DNA of 56,892 bases from a virus (Duplodnaviria; Caudoviricetes): positions 1-56,892 of the IMG/VR virus record IMGVR_UViG_3300044979_000046; one strand, 5' to 3'. The position numbers were made by a program, and so were the translations under genes. Below the pieces are notes generated by a model that was not told the DNA's origin, ran no database searches, and was given only the letters and a program-made list of their open reading frames with translations. Of the stretch, positions 46,479 through 55,726 are shown in pieces; positions within the stretch are counted from its first letter, which is position 1; every line of letters begins with the position of its first letter.

Positions 46479-46839
46479 TCTTTTTTCCTCTGTTTCTAGC
46501 TTCTTCTAAAGCACGCCGAATTGCTGCTTGCCGATGATGCGGTTCCCGATACATCGGCATCGCCGCTCCGCTTCTAACCATTCCGTTTGCAATGGAAATA
46601 TCCATGTCAGTTGGCATTTGCCCTTCTTCAATTTCTGGGGCACTTGCATCTTCATTCTTATATCCATAATGCATCCGATGAAGAATATGAGAAGGAGGAC
46701 TTTCACGCCAATACTCAAACAACTCCAAGGCGCGACGAAAAGGGAGGTTTTCCACCTCCCTGTACGTCCAGCCAGTAGTTGTTATCAGGCAGCCGTAAAG
46801 CTCGTATGGCTTTAGTTTACGGTTGCCTTTGATTCCCCC
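46471..46839 (-). CDS. Tail assembly chaperone frameshift extension (gpGT-like)
   Basis: -1 frame is open from GGGGGAA (46839-46833): GIKGNRKLKPYELYGCLITTTGWTYREVENLPF... Confidence 0.75.
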   Translation of the reverse strand, partial: GGIKGNRKLKPYELYGCLITTTGWTYREVENLPFRRALELFEYWRESPPSHILHRMHYGYKNEDASAPEIEEGQMPTDMDISIANGMVRSGAAMPMYREPHHRQAAIRRALEEARNRGKKNG

Positions 46840-47135
46840 GGTTTAGTCTCTGTCATCGATACTTCTGGACGAGGAAATCCCGTAAACTCAAGAATTTCTT
46901 CTTGCAACGCTTTGAAAGTTTTCCAGGAGAATTTGCGGACAGAATCTATTGTATATGGAATAGAGGGAAGCGCGTTATTAAGGCCAGCCAGAACGACGGC
47001 CCGAGGATTTTCAATAGCGCGTTGTTTTATAGAAGCTTCAGAACCACCAAGAATTAAATCTTCAACTTCTCCAACAGTCAAAGAAGAGATTACATATTGC
47101 GTTTCTTCAACAATTACAGTTTTGGTTTGTGCCAT
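46812..47135 (-). CDS. Tail assembly chaperone (gpG-like)
   Basis: Between tail tube and TMP; AAGGA RBS; slippery site near the 3' end. Confidence 0.75.
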   Translation of the reverse strand: MAQTKTVIVEETQYVISSLTVGEVEDLILGGSEASIKQRAIENPRAVVLAGLNNALPSIPYTIDSVRKFSWKTFKALQEEILEFTGFPRPEVSMTETKPGESKATVN

Positions 47136-47297
47136 CACAATCCTTCTGCCTTTTGGGAAGGCTCCCGTACAGGCTATGTTCCTCCTGCCAAGAGTATCTA
47201 TTATTGTTTTCACCTTTCACGGTGCTGGGCATCACTATAACACACAAGGGACAACCCGTCCAGCGGTTGTCCCTTGCTTTTGGCACCCGTCGTAAAA

Positions 47298-48083
47298 TTA
47301 AGCGACGTTTTGAATAAAATAACCAACCTGACCAGCAGCGTTCGCGAAAGCCGAGAAATCCATCTCAGGTTTCACGTAGTCGGTATTCTTGGCACCCAAC
47401 GAAAGCTTTGAGACGCGAGCGTTATACAAGTGAATGCCAATAGCGTTAGCTACTCCTGTATACCCACTCTGATAACCCCAAAGTAGATCGATGGCAAGAA
47501 TCGGGCCATAACCCATGACCTGGTTATTAATTTCATACGTCGAGCCAGTCGAAGAGAGTAAGAACTGATAAGAAATCCACATCGTGATTCCGGTATCAGC
47601 AGCCGCAAACGTATACTCTCCCGTTCCCTCGTTGATGGTGTATTGGCCAGCGGCGGGAGTTCCAGTAGGCAGACGTGTAAGACGTGTGCCAGCTTTCGCG
47701 CCGGAGCCATAAATGACGCCTAAATCTTGTTGAAACGTTCCGCTACTCGGAGGAGTAACAGTAATTTCATACGGTGTTCCAGGCACCACATCGATTTCGT
47801 TATACTGATCGTTAATCGAACCAGCTGTTACAATATCAGCGAAAAACACGTTGTTAAAAGTTCCAGCGTCGATACGTCCCATGACAATCTTACCGGAAAC
47901 TTTCTTTTCGCCTACCGCAACGTCATCAGGAAACTGGTTAAAGCCGATCAGCTCCTTAAGCGTGCCAGTAAATTCGCAACTGGCCGACTCAATGGTTCCG
48001 AGTTCTTTCGGCGTGGGATCAGTCGCTTCATTGCCACCTACCGGACTCATCCAAACGACGCCACTACCAAATTGAAAAGCCAT
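47298..48083 (-). CDS. Major tail tube protein, copy 2
   Basis: Position; termini near-identical to 48110..48907. Confidence 0.75.
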   Translation of the reverse strand: MAFQFGSGVVWMSPVGGNEATDPTPKELGTIESASCEFTGTLKELIGFNQFPDDVAVGEKKVSGKIVMGRIDAGTFNNVFFADIVTAGSINDQYNEIDVVPGTPYEITVTPPSSGTFQQDLGVIYGSGAKAGTRLTRLPTGTPAAGQYTINEGTGEYTFAAADTGITMWISYQFLLSSTGSTYEINNQVMGYGPILAIDLLWGYQSGYTGVANAIGIHLYNARVSKLSLGAKNTDYVKPEMDFSAFANAAGQVGYFIQNVA

Positions 48084-48109
48084 AGTATGATCTCCTGTTT
48101 CAAAAAAGA

Positions 48110-48907
48110 TTACGCTACGTTTTGGATGAAATAACCAACCTGTCCAGAAGCGTTAGCAAAAGCTGAAAAATCCATTTCCGGTTTCACGTAATCGGTGTTC
48201 TTTGCTCCCAACGAAAGCTTTGATACGCGAGCGTTGTAAAGATGAATGCCGATAGCGTTTGCCGTACCTGTATATCCACTCTGATAACCCCAGAGAAGAT
48301 CAATAGCAAGAATCGGACCATAACCCATAACTTGGTTATTGATCTGATACGTATTTCCAGCGGAAGAAGCACTATAAGAAAACGAAATCCAAACAGAAGT
48401 GCTAGCATCAGCGACGTTAAAAGTATAAGTCGCTGTACCAGTCGAGACAGCATAGTTATACTCACCCGCAGCAGTTGGAGCCGCTCCCATATACGTAAAG
48501 CGTTTTCCAGCATTCGCCCCACTAGCGTAAATAACGCCAAGGTCTGACACGAAGGAACCACCCAACGGGTTTGTTACAACCACGGTGTAAGGTCCAGAAG
48601 GAGCTGGGATCGTATATGGAGCGTTGTAATTCGTGTTGATCGATCCAGATGTCGTAACATCAGCAAAAAAGGTATTATTGAAAGTTCCGGCGTCGATACG
48701 TCCCATCACGATCTTGCCAGAAACTTTCTTTTCGCCTACCGCAACGTCATCGGGAAATTGGTTAAAACCAATCAATTCTTTTAAAGTACCAGAGAATTCG
48801 CAACTTGCCGATTCAATGGTACCGAGTTCTTTCGGGGTTGGATCAGTCGGTGTGTTTCCACCAACCGGACTCATCCAAACGACGCCGCTTCCAAATTGAA
48901 AAGCCAT
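48110..48907 (-). CDS. Major tail tube protein, copy 1
   Basis: Position after neck genes; paralogue of 47298..48083. Confidence 0.75.
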   Translation of the reverse strand: MAFQFGSGVVWMSPVGGNTPTDPTPKELGTIESASCEFSGTLKELIGFNQFPDDVAVGEKKVSGKIVMGRIDAGTFNNTFFADVTTSGSINTNYNAPYTIPAPSGPYTVVVTNPLGGSFVSDLGVIYASGANAGKRFTYMGAAPTAAGEYNYAVSTGTATYTFNVADASTSVWISFSYSASSAGNTYQINNQVMGYGPILAIDLLWGYQSGYTGTANAIGIHLYNARVSKLSLGAKNTDYVKPEMDFSAFANASGQVGYFIQNVA

Positions 48908-48908
48908 C

Positions 48909-49388
48909 CTAATAACCTCCTAAACCTGTGCTGATAGAGACAGGAATTAGTATGATGATTTGCTGATCGGGTGCTGTTGGATCGTTGATAACGATATCAC
49001 CTTCAATCCAACAATGTTCAACTAGTCCGTCTAACGTTTGTTTCTCTCCTGGAACCGTTCCCACGAGAGCTAATTCAATTGCATCTAAAATCGGGTTAAT
49101 TTGTTGCGCGGGATAGTTTTGAGCTTGATCCATGTTCCCCGCTGCTTCCGCGAAAATCCAAACTTGCGCTCTTAACTTCCACTTTGGGAGAGCCAGGACA
49201 TCTTGTCTTGTTTGTTCTCGTAACTCCCGCAAAAAGATAGCGGGTTGTTGGCCAATTTGAAGGTTATCCCACGAAGTTAAATAGCGTGACTTGTATCGGA
49301 AGAAACCTGGAACCGCGTTAAAAGTCCAAGTAACTTCTTTCAATAAGTCAAATAACGCCTTATAAATTACCTCACGTGGTTGATTCAT
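48909..49388 (-). CDS. Putative tail terminator
   Basis: Position and size; TLDGLV motif. Confidence 0.6.
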   Translation of the reverse strand: MNQPREVIYKALFDLLKEVTWTFNAVPGFFRYKSRYLTSWDNLQIGQQPAIFLRELREQTRQDVLALPKWKLRAQVWIFAEAAGNMDQAQNYPAQQINPILDAIELALVGTVPGEKQTLDGLVEHCWIEGDIVINDPTAPDQQIIILIPVSISTGLGGY

Positions 49389-49858
49389 AAACTCGCCAAA
49401 AGGATAGCTTCTTTCAATTCAAATTCAACTTCAGATTGCATTTCTTCCAACGAAGACCCAACAAAACTTCTAGCTGGAAGCGGTGGATGATTTACTTGTT
49501 TTGCAAAGAATTCTTTATTGTCAAGTAAAAATCGCAAAGCTTTCTTGTCTACCGGAACAATTTTGTAAGCCTTTTCTCCACCCAACTCTTGAACTTCAGC
49601 ATAAGGTGCTTTTTCGTCTCCAACAACAACTCCTCCAACAACTTCGTTTGCCACTAACTCGGCTGGCACCTCTTGTACGCTTTCAAGAAGGTTTCCACTC
49701 CTAGTTTGTAGCACTTCACCGGACAACTTACCAACAATTTTTTCTACCAACTTTCCCGATAGTTCGTTGGTCTTTTCCAGTAAAGCTTCCGTGATTTCAT
49801 CTGACTTGTTTCGAAGCTTCGTTGAAAACGCTACGTCTGTTCCGTTAAATTCGATCAT
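49385..49858 (-). CDS. Tail completion/neck protein (HK97 gp10-like)
   Basis: RSGNL.ES, PYA.VQELGG, PARSF. Confidence 0.7.
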   Translation of the reverse strand: MIEFNGTDVAFSTKLRNKSDEITEALLEKTNELSGKLVEKIVGKLSGEVLQTRSGNLLESVQEVPAELVANEVVGGVVVGDEKAPYAEVQELGGEKAYKIVPVDKKALRFLLDNKEFFAKQVNHPPLPARSFVGSSLEEMQSEVEFELKEAILLASL

Positions 49859-50047
49859 TTAGTGCCCCAAGTGCCAGCTCGGACAAAAGCGACATTTATA
49901 AGCCTTTACCTCTGGATCATTCATCGCCCTTGCCACGCCTAGCGCAACTTTTTTTGAAGGAAATTTCTTTTTCTGCGCACAACCGTGATAAAACTCTTTC
50001 GGTGAATCTTCAATTCGAACCGATTTGGGTAACTGCCTTTTTGCCAT
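49859..50047 (-). CDS. Small zinc-binding hypothetical protein
   Basis: C..KKKF, YKCRFC..WHLGH. Confidence 0.6.
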   Translation of the reverse strand: MAKRQLPKSVRIEDSPKEFYHGCAQKKKFPSKKVALGVARAMNDPEVKAYKCRFCPSWHLGH

Positions 50048-50049
50048 AG

Positions 50050-50949
50050 TTAAGTGACCATCAAGGCAATCCGTTTATAATTGTTAATCGTTTGTTCTGT
50101 CAACGGATCAACCGCCCAATCCCGATAAGCCACGGTTCCAGCACTTTGCTGGATTTTTGACTTTTCGTCAACTGTCTTTCTTCGCTTATAGTTTTGAACA
50201 ACTAACCGAGTTGCCGCCATTCCAATATCTTGTGGAACGCCGCTATAAGCGTAAGAGATTACAACTTGCTCATTTGTATCTGCCGCACTAAACGTATAGA
50301 CACCATCAGCAACTGTGTACTGACCTTCAGCGGGAGAAGATTCAACCGCTTCAAGATTTACGCCGGTCAGCGCGTAACGCACTCCAAGATCAACCGCAAA
50401 AGTTAAATTTCCAAAAACGGTAATTTGAAAAGGAGAAGCCGGAACCGTATCCAAGTAGTTTCTGTCTGTGTCATACCCACCTAAATATGAAATACTGACA
50501 TTTTGCTTTCCTTGCCAAAATTTAAAACCACCCCCAAAAGTGGGATACATCGCGTACGTTCCGCCACGAAAGAAAGCTGCATTACCCGGAAGACCTTGCC
50601 CAGCTCCTACAATGGTAATACTTTCTCTATCGCTATCGATGACATATCCGTATGTCGTTCCATTTGGAGAAGCGATTAGTTGATTACCGTTAATGTAAAC
50701 AGAAAAGACTTGAATGATTGGGCCACTTCGAACGTACTGTTGAAGACTCCCAGAACCATCCAGTATGTCGGTAAAAGCCATCACCGAATTGAGTGTGGCT
50801 CTCCCTGTCCTTTTTAAAATATATCGGCTCGCATCAGTAATTAAAGCTTGAATTTCAGCTTGTTCTGCCGCAGAATAGTTCTGCTGTTCCGTTTGCATTA
50901 AATTCATGACGGAAGCGATTGTCGTAAGATCATAAGGACTCGTTGCCAT
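50050..50949 (-). CDS. Head-tail adaptor with inserted Ig-like module
   Basis: LTT...V, LI..AS.YI, SY.GGY, VPQDI..A; follows the capsid gene. Confidence 0.75.
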   Translation of the reverse strand: MATSPYDLTTIASVMNLMQTEQQNYSAAEQAEIQALITDASRYILKRTGRATLNSVMAFTDILDGSGSLQQYVRSGPIIQVFSVYINGNQLIASPNGTTYGYVIDSDRESITIVGAGQGLPGNAAFFRGGTYAMYPTFGGGFKFWQGKQNVSISYLGGYDTDRNYLDTVPASPFQITVFGNLTFAVDLGVRYALTGVNLEAVESSPAEGQYTVADGVYTFSAADTNEQVVISYAYSGVPQDIGMAATRLVVQNYKRRKTVDEKSKIQQSAGTVAYRDWAVDPLTEQTINNYKRIALMVT

Positions 50950-50960
50950 ACTTTCTCCTG

Positions 50961-50995
50961 AAAAAACGGGGCATTCTCCCGCTGAGAACGCCCCG
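50961..50995 (-). terminator. Intrinsic terminator after the capsid gene
   Basis: CGGGGCGTTCTC-AGCGG-GAGAATGCCCCG-TTTTTT on the minus strand. Confidence 0.8.
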
Positions 50996-51017
50996 CCAAG
51001 TAAACAAGCAAGAAACC

Positions 51018-52742
51018 TTAATCAGCAACAAACGTTCCGACACCTGCGAGCACAGCCGTAATCCACGGGAAGTTATGAGCAAGCACTTCATGGCAATACG
51101 TGCCAAACGTCCATTGACGAGTCACCAACGGCCATTCAATGGAGTAGTATTCGCGCTGCACAAGCATTCCACGAGTAAACGGTGCCCGGCTACCAGGATA
51201 CGGGTTTTGCGAAATGTCAAAGTAGATCGCACCCGGAGGCAACATCGGATGGGTTCGGATTGGAATTTCCTGTCCACCAGATTGGCTCATCGCCCACTTC
51301 GACTTATACGTTTGGACCAGGTAACCACCCATCAGATTACCTTGGCTATCCTTGGTATAAACAAACTGATAACCAGTGTTGTTCGTACCAGCATAGCGGA
51401 TCGCTTTATCAAGGCAAATACGGGCAGTCGAACCGCACCAGATTGTGTCAACCTGAGCCTGGAAATTAGTCCAGAGGTACAGAAGTACGTTTTCAATTTC
51501 ATTGACCGTTCCATCCTTACCGGAAGTCAACGAAGCGCCTAGCAAATCAAGCCAGTAGGCACCAGCCGTTGAAGCGGCGTAGGTCAGAAGACCGTCAAAG
51601 TCATAGGGGTTCGCGCTGTAATCGATTGTGGTCGAAATAGCGGTGGCCACCTGAGTCGAAGTTCCCACCACAGTGTTGATGGTTACTGACGGACTTTGCG
51701 TAATCGCGTACAGGTAAGCACCAGCAGCGGTAGTCCCTGTCGTGTTTACGTACCAAGCCCAACCAAAAGCACCCTTGATGGAAGTAGTCGTAGCCGTTAC
51801 CGTCTGGTTGCCGGAAGTTGTGGCCGCGCCAGAAGTACCAACCGCGCTAAGCTTTGAAACTCCGCAACTAACGTTAGTCGTGGTTCCATCCTGGTTCAAA
51901 CGAGCGTAAGTTGTGGTTACTCCATTTGCAACAGTTGGAAACACACCATAACCATATTGCGCGTTTGAAGGATTACCAAGAGCGGTAATCGCGCAAACAA
52001 ATACGCTGATGGTCAAAGGTTCACCGACCGAACCACCCGCCGTAGGGTTGCTTACCGTAGGTGTCGCCGGAGTTCCAAGTAAGAATCCGTTATTTCCTGA
52101 CGCCGTACCGCTGTTCCCCAGCAACATCATGCTTTCTTCTTGGAGCCACAACGTGTGCAAACCACGAAGATGTTCGTCTGCCACGTTGTCAGCAAAGCCT
52201 TCGCCAGCGAACTGAGCGGTAAAGGTCACGCCACGCTCTACGCCAATCTCTTTGTAGGTCGCGGTGTAATCGTTCTCGTCAGGAGACGAAATCTGGTTGC
52301 GTTCCCCTTCTTGAACACCACCATACACAATGCCAGGGTTCCGAGTTGCCTTCCAGTGAGCGGCTACGCCCCATCCATCATTCACACGCCCGATACGAGC
52401 AAGCGAATTACGGAACGGAACGTTGACCGGATACGAAAGTTGAACTGGCGCACGAAGATCGTAGAAGTTGTAACCCAACGCGCTCGTGACTCCCGCCTTA
52501 CCCATGCCCCGGAAGTTTTCACCACTCGCGCCGTGAATCTTTACCGCACGTTCTTTGATAATGGCTTTGGCAAACAATTCCCTTTGATCCTTATCTTCCG
52601 ATGAACCACCTGTATTCTTTAGCTTGGTGAGAAGCTCCATTTCACCAGAAGACAACGACTTCTTGAAATCGCCCATACTCTCGGTCGTTTCCGAGAGATA
52701 TTTCGCGTAAATATCTTGCGGAATAACTTGATGAAGAGACAT
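51018..52742 (-). CDS. Major capsid protein (with T/G-rich insertion)
   Basis: Follows protease/scaffold and precedes a terminator and adaptor; 574 aa. Confidence 0.75.
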   Translation of the reverse strand: MSLHQVIPQDIYAKYLSETTESMGDFKKSLSSGEMELLTKLKNTGGSSEDKDQRELFAKAIIKERAVKIHGASGENFRGMGKAGVTSALGYNFYDLRAPVQLSYPVNVPFRNSLARIGRVNDGWGVAAHWKATRNPGIVYGGVQEGERNQISSPDENDYTATYKEIGVERGVTFTAQFAGEGFADNVADEHLRGLHTLWLQEESMMLLGNSGTASGNNGFLLGTPATPTVSNPTAGGSVGEPLTISVFVCAITALGNPSNAQYGYGVFPTVANGVTTTYARLNQDGTTTNVSCGVSKLSAVGTSGAATTSGNQTVTATTTSIKGAFGWAWYVNTTGTTAAGAYLYAITQSPSVTINTVVGTSTQVATAISTTIDYSANPYDFDGLLTYAASTAGAYWLDLLGASLTSGKDGTVNEIENVLLYLWTNFQAQVDTIWCGSTARICLDKAIRYAGTNNTGYQFVYTKDSQGNLMGGYLVQTYKSKWAMSQSGGQEIPIRTHPMLPPGAIYFDISQNPYPGSRAPFTRGMLVQREYYSIEWPLVTRQWTFGTYCHEVLAHNFPWITAVLAGVGTFVAD

Positions 52743-52777
52743 AAATCTTTTTCTCCTGATAACTGCCTATGAAATTT

Positions 52778-54607
52778 TTACAAACCCGTGTTAGCCATCG
52801 AACCAGAAGCTATGGTCGGAGTAACCTTACTGAGCACCGAACCATCGCGGTTAATCAGAGTAGTTGTCTGCTTAGCCGTAGTTCTTGCCAATTCAGACGC
52901 TTGACTCTTCAAGAGTTCCTCGATCTTCGTTGCTTGCTCAGTAACCAATTTCTGTCCTTCTTTTTGAGCTTTCGCGAGTTCCTGAACAGTTTCAACGAGC
53001 GTGGTCAGTATTGGGTTTCCTTCGGCGGCTTTCTTCAACTCTTCGGCTTTCTTAGCCGCTTCCGCTTCCGTCGCCTTCTTCAGTTCTTCCGCTTTCTTTG
53101 CTTCTTCTGCTTTCTTCAACTCGTCTGCTTCACGAGCTTTCTTCTGATCTTCGGTTTCGTTTTCTTTCTCTTCCATGGAACCAATAGCTTTCATGCACTT
53201 ATCGAGGTGCGAGTGAGCAGCCATTTCCATGTCCTTGTGAAGTTTGCACATCTTCTCGCAATGCTCAGTGTGCATTTCTTTCAGTTTTTCGAGATGATCG
53301 TGCAAAGTTTTTGCGGCCTTCTTAAGTTCTTCCGGTGTCAAAGCCATTGTCAATCCTCCATGCTGAGCTAGAAGTTCTTTCGTTTCCTCTTCGACCATGC
53401 TGACCAAAACTTCAGCTAAGCCTTTGAGGTGATTGTGAAGTTCATCAGGAATCGGAGATTCATCACCTTCCGCATCCCTTTCGTACGCTGTACTCAAAAT
53501 CAAGTAATACAGGTCGTCAACCATTACCGCTAAGCGGCTGACTTCGTACATACCTTTATAAAAGCTGTTCTGCCGGTACTCTTCAACCGCCTTGAGACAT
53601 TTCGCTTCCAGCCCCTCGGCTTTTTCAACCGTAGTATTCGAAACGACTTTAGCACAAGTTTCTGATAATGTCTCAAAAATTTTCTTAGTTTTCGAATTTT
53701 TTCCATCACTTACTTCAATACCAAATTTCTTGGCCGCTGCGACTATGCGTGCGTGAACCTTCGCTTTTTCACCGGACGGGATGCCTTCCGTCTGATTAAA
53801 CCGCGCAAGTGCATTTCTCACGTGAGCCGCATCGTGAATCGGGAGCTTCCACGTACTCGTGTCGTCTGGATCACCTACATAAGCGAAGTCAGAAGAAGAT
53901 AGGTTCTTTCCACCTTTTTTCTTTGTCTTTGCTTCTTTTTCGCAGACATCACAAGAATGAGGAGTAAGACCAAATTGTGTAAAGAAAAGTTTTGCAATTA
54001 ATTTCTGATGATCTTGATCGTCTTGTGATGCAGCCGACGTTCCTGCGTCCTCTTTTGCCTTTGCCAATAACGTCTTCGCTTCTTGTGGTAAAGTCGTAGG
54101 ATCGGCAAACTTGCGCATTTCAACACTTCCATCCGTCTTGACATAAGCAAAGGAAGCCTCTGGATTACAAGGATTGTCAACATAACTGACTTCTGCAATC
54201 GTAGGAGCAATGCGCTGAAACTCGCCTTCTTTTCTTTTCCAGGCATAACTCCCTCCCATCGAATAGCCAGTAATGAATCCACCTTTGATAAGATTCCAGA
54301 TTGTATCGTCGCAAGGAGTCGATTCAATCCAGATTTGCTTTTCCATGTCCTTACAAATAAGTTTAGTCACCTTACCAGCAATCGTTAGACCGTGCATTAG
54401 GCGAACATTTCCCAAAGAAAGGTCTTGACCGGAAGCTGATGTTTTCGCAACAAAATCCTCAGACCAAAGCTGAAAGGCTTTCTTGGAAGCTTCATAGTCA
54501 GCAATCTCGTTATCCTTATCAGGGACTTCCGAAGTTGCAATACCATAAACTTTATGCCCTTCGTCTTCAATCTTTACAAGTCGAACAAATTTACTGAATT
54601 TATCCAT
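52778..54607 (-). CDS. Prohead protease fused to scaffold
   Basis: VYGIAT, MHG, GYSMGG, EVSYVDNPCNP; C-terminal K/E/A coiled coil. Confidence 0.8.
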   Translation of the reverse strand: MDKFSKFVRLVKIEDEGHKVYGIATSEVPDKDNEIADYEASKKAFQLWSEDFVAKTSASGQDLSLGNVRLMHGLTIAGKVTKLICKDMEKQIWIESTPCDDTIWNLIKGGFITGYSMGGSYAWKRKEGEFQRIAPTIAEVSYVDNPCNPEASFAYVKTDGSVEMRKFADPTTLPQEAKTLLAKAKEDAGTSAASQDDQDHQKLIAKLFFTQFGLTPHSCDVCEKEAKTKKKGGKNLSSSDFAYVGDPDDTSTWKLPIHDAAHVRNALARFNQTEGIPSGEKAKVHARIVAAAKKFGIEVSDGKNSKTKKIFETLSETCAKVVSNTTVEKAEGLEAKCLKAVEEYRQNSFYKGMYEVSRLAVMVDDLYYLILSTAYERDAEGDESPIPDELHNHLKGLAEVLVSMVEEETKELLAQHGGLTMALTPEELKKAAKTLHDHLEKLKEMHTEHCEKMCKLHKDMEMAAHSHLDKCMKAIGSMEEKENETEDQKKAREADELKKAEEAKKAEELKKATEAEAAKKAEELKKAAEGNPILTTLVETVQELAKAQKEGQKLVTEQATKIEELLKSQASELARTTAKQTTTLINRDGSVLSKVTPTIASGSMANTGL

Positions 54608-54752
54608 CTTGTTTCTCCTGTACCTTTTTTAAAGGCTCACTACGCCTTCCGGGGTACATGATCTGTTTCATTTCTTTCGCTTCCGATGCTTTTTGAGGAG
54701 CTTCCGATTTTGTAGGCTCCGTACTTTTTAAAGCGCACAAGAATCCACCCAT

Positions 54753-55382
54753 TTATTTGTCCTCACAATCTGCCCGATGTTCCCCAAACGCATAACCGCA
54801 TTTAGCGCATCGAGTAGGCTTTTCATGAACCTCCTCTTGCTTCTTCCCTGGGTAATAGGAATAAGACAATAGAACTTCAAAGCCAGCATCATCCTGGCTA
54901 AACGTGTACAAGCCGGTATCGTCAGCGGTATACTCTCCAAATTTTGGACTTGTTCCAACTTGTTTCATTACTCTTTGCGTCACATCGGCGTATAGCACCG
55001 ATGTCGAAATACCAAAAGAACCATTTTCTGGAGGGAGAACTTGCAACGTAAAAGGAGCTTCTCTCGGAATCATCCGTTTTTCATTGATTTGCAATGAAGC
55101 CGTTTGATCCAACGTTTTTTCTACGGGCATTTCTTCCCGGCTCATTACCGCGACTTTAACCGTTCCCAATTCAGGGAGAGCCTGGTAATTTAACCCATAC
55201 CCTCCCTTATCGATACTTGAAATCGTATCAAGCTTAATAAAAGCTTGCCCATCGTGTTTCTCTTTAAGCAAAGCTATAATCAAGCTAGCAAGGTGCATCT
55301 GATTATGCTCCGCTCGCGCCAGTTTCATTCTGAGAGATGGAATGTCATCCCCAGGTTGCGGTAATACTTGTAATTTGTTCAT
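54753..55382 (-). CDS. Hypothetical protein with shared Ig-like virion module
   Basis: AAGGA RBS before ATG 55382; GEYT...GLYTFS.DDAG..V.LSY. Confidence 0.6.
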   Translation of the reverse strand: MNKLQVLPQPGDDIPSLRMKLARAEHNQMHLASLIIALLKEKHDGQAFIKLDTISSIDKGGYGLNYQALPELGTVKVAVMSREEMPVEKTLDQTASLQINEKRMIPREAPFTLQVLPPENGSFGISTSVLYADVTQRVMKQVGTSPKFGEYTADDTGLYTFSQDDAGFEVLLSYSYYPGKKQEEVHEKPTRCAKCGYAFGEHRADCEDK

Positions 55383-55392
55383 GAATATCCTT

Positions 55393-55695
55393 TTAGTTAA
55401 AACTAACGGTGCAAGCTGTTTGACCAGTTCCACCTACCGCGTAAATACCGACATAAGCTGGCATTTGAAAAACCCAAACCGTTCCTGCTGTCGCTGTCGT
55501 AGGAACAACACCAATGACAACACCAGAAGCTGCTCCAATACTATCGTAGAAAGTAAGAGCTGTTGTCGCCATATTAGCAAGAACAAGAACTCTCATCAAT
55601 CTTCCGGTTGCTCCCTTTACTTGAAAACCAGCTGTCGCTGCGGGTACGGTCACCGTTTGCGCTCCACCACCAGCTGTCAGGTCAATTGCGTCCAT
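55393..55695 (-). CDS. Small beta-rich putative virion protein
   Basis: AAGGAG RBS; A/G/T/V-rich. Confidence 0.6.
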   Translation of the reverse strand: MDAIDLTAGGGAQTVTVPAATAGFQVKGATGRLMRVLVLANMATTALTFYDSIGAASGVVIGVVPTTATAGTVWVFQMPAYVGIYAVGGTGQTACTVSFN

Positions 55696-55726
55696 AATAT
55701 CTCCTTATGAGGATGTTGCACAGAAT

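Noticed and set aside
47298-48907. Diversity-generating retroelement TR/VR pair
   Set aside because: Differences are not adenine-specific, both copies are full genes, and no reverse transcriptase is seen
50943-53371. Plus-strand ORFs opposite the capsid and scaffold genes
   Set aside because: Antisense shadows of strongly supported minus-strand genes
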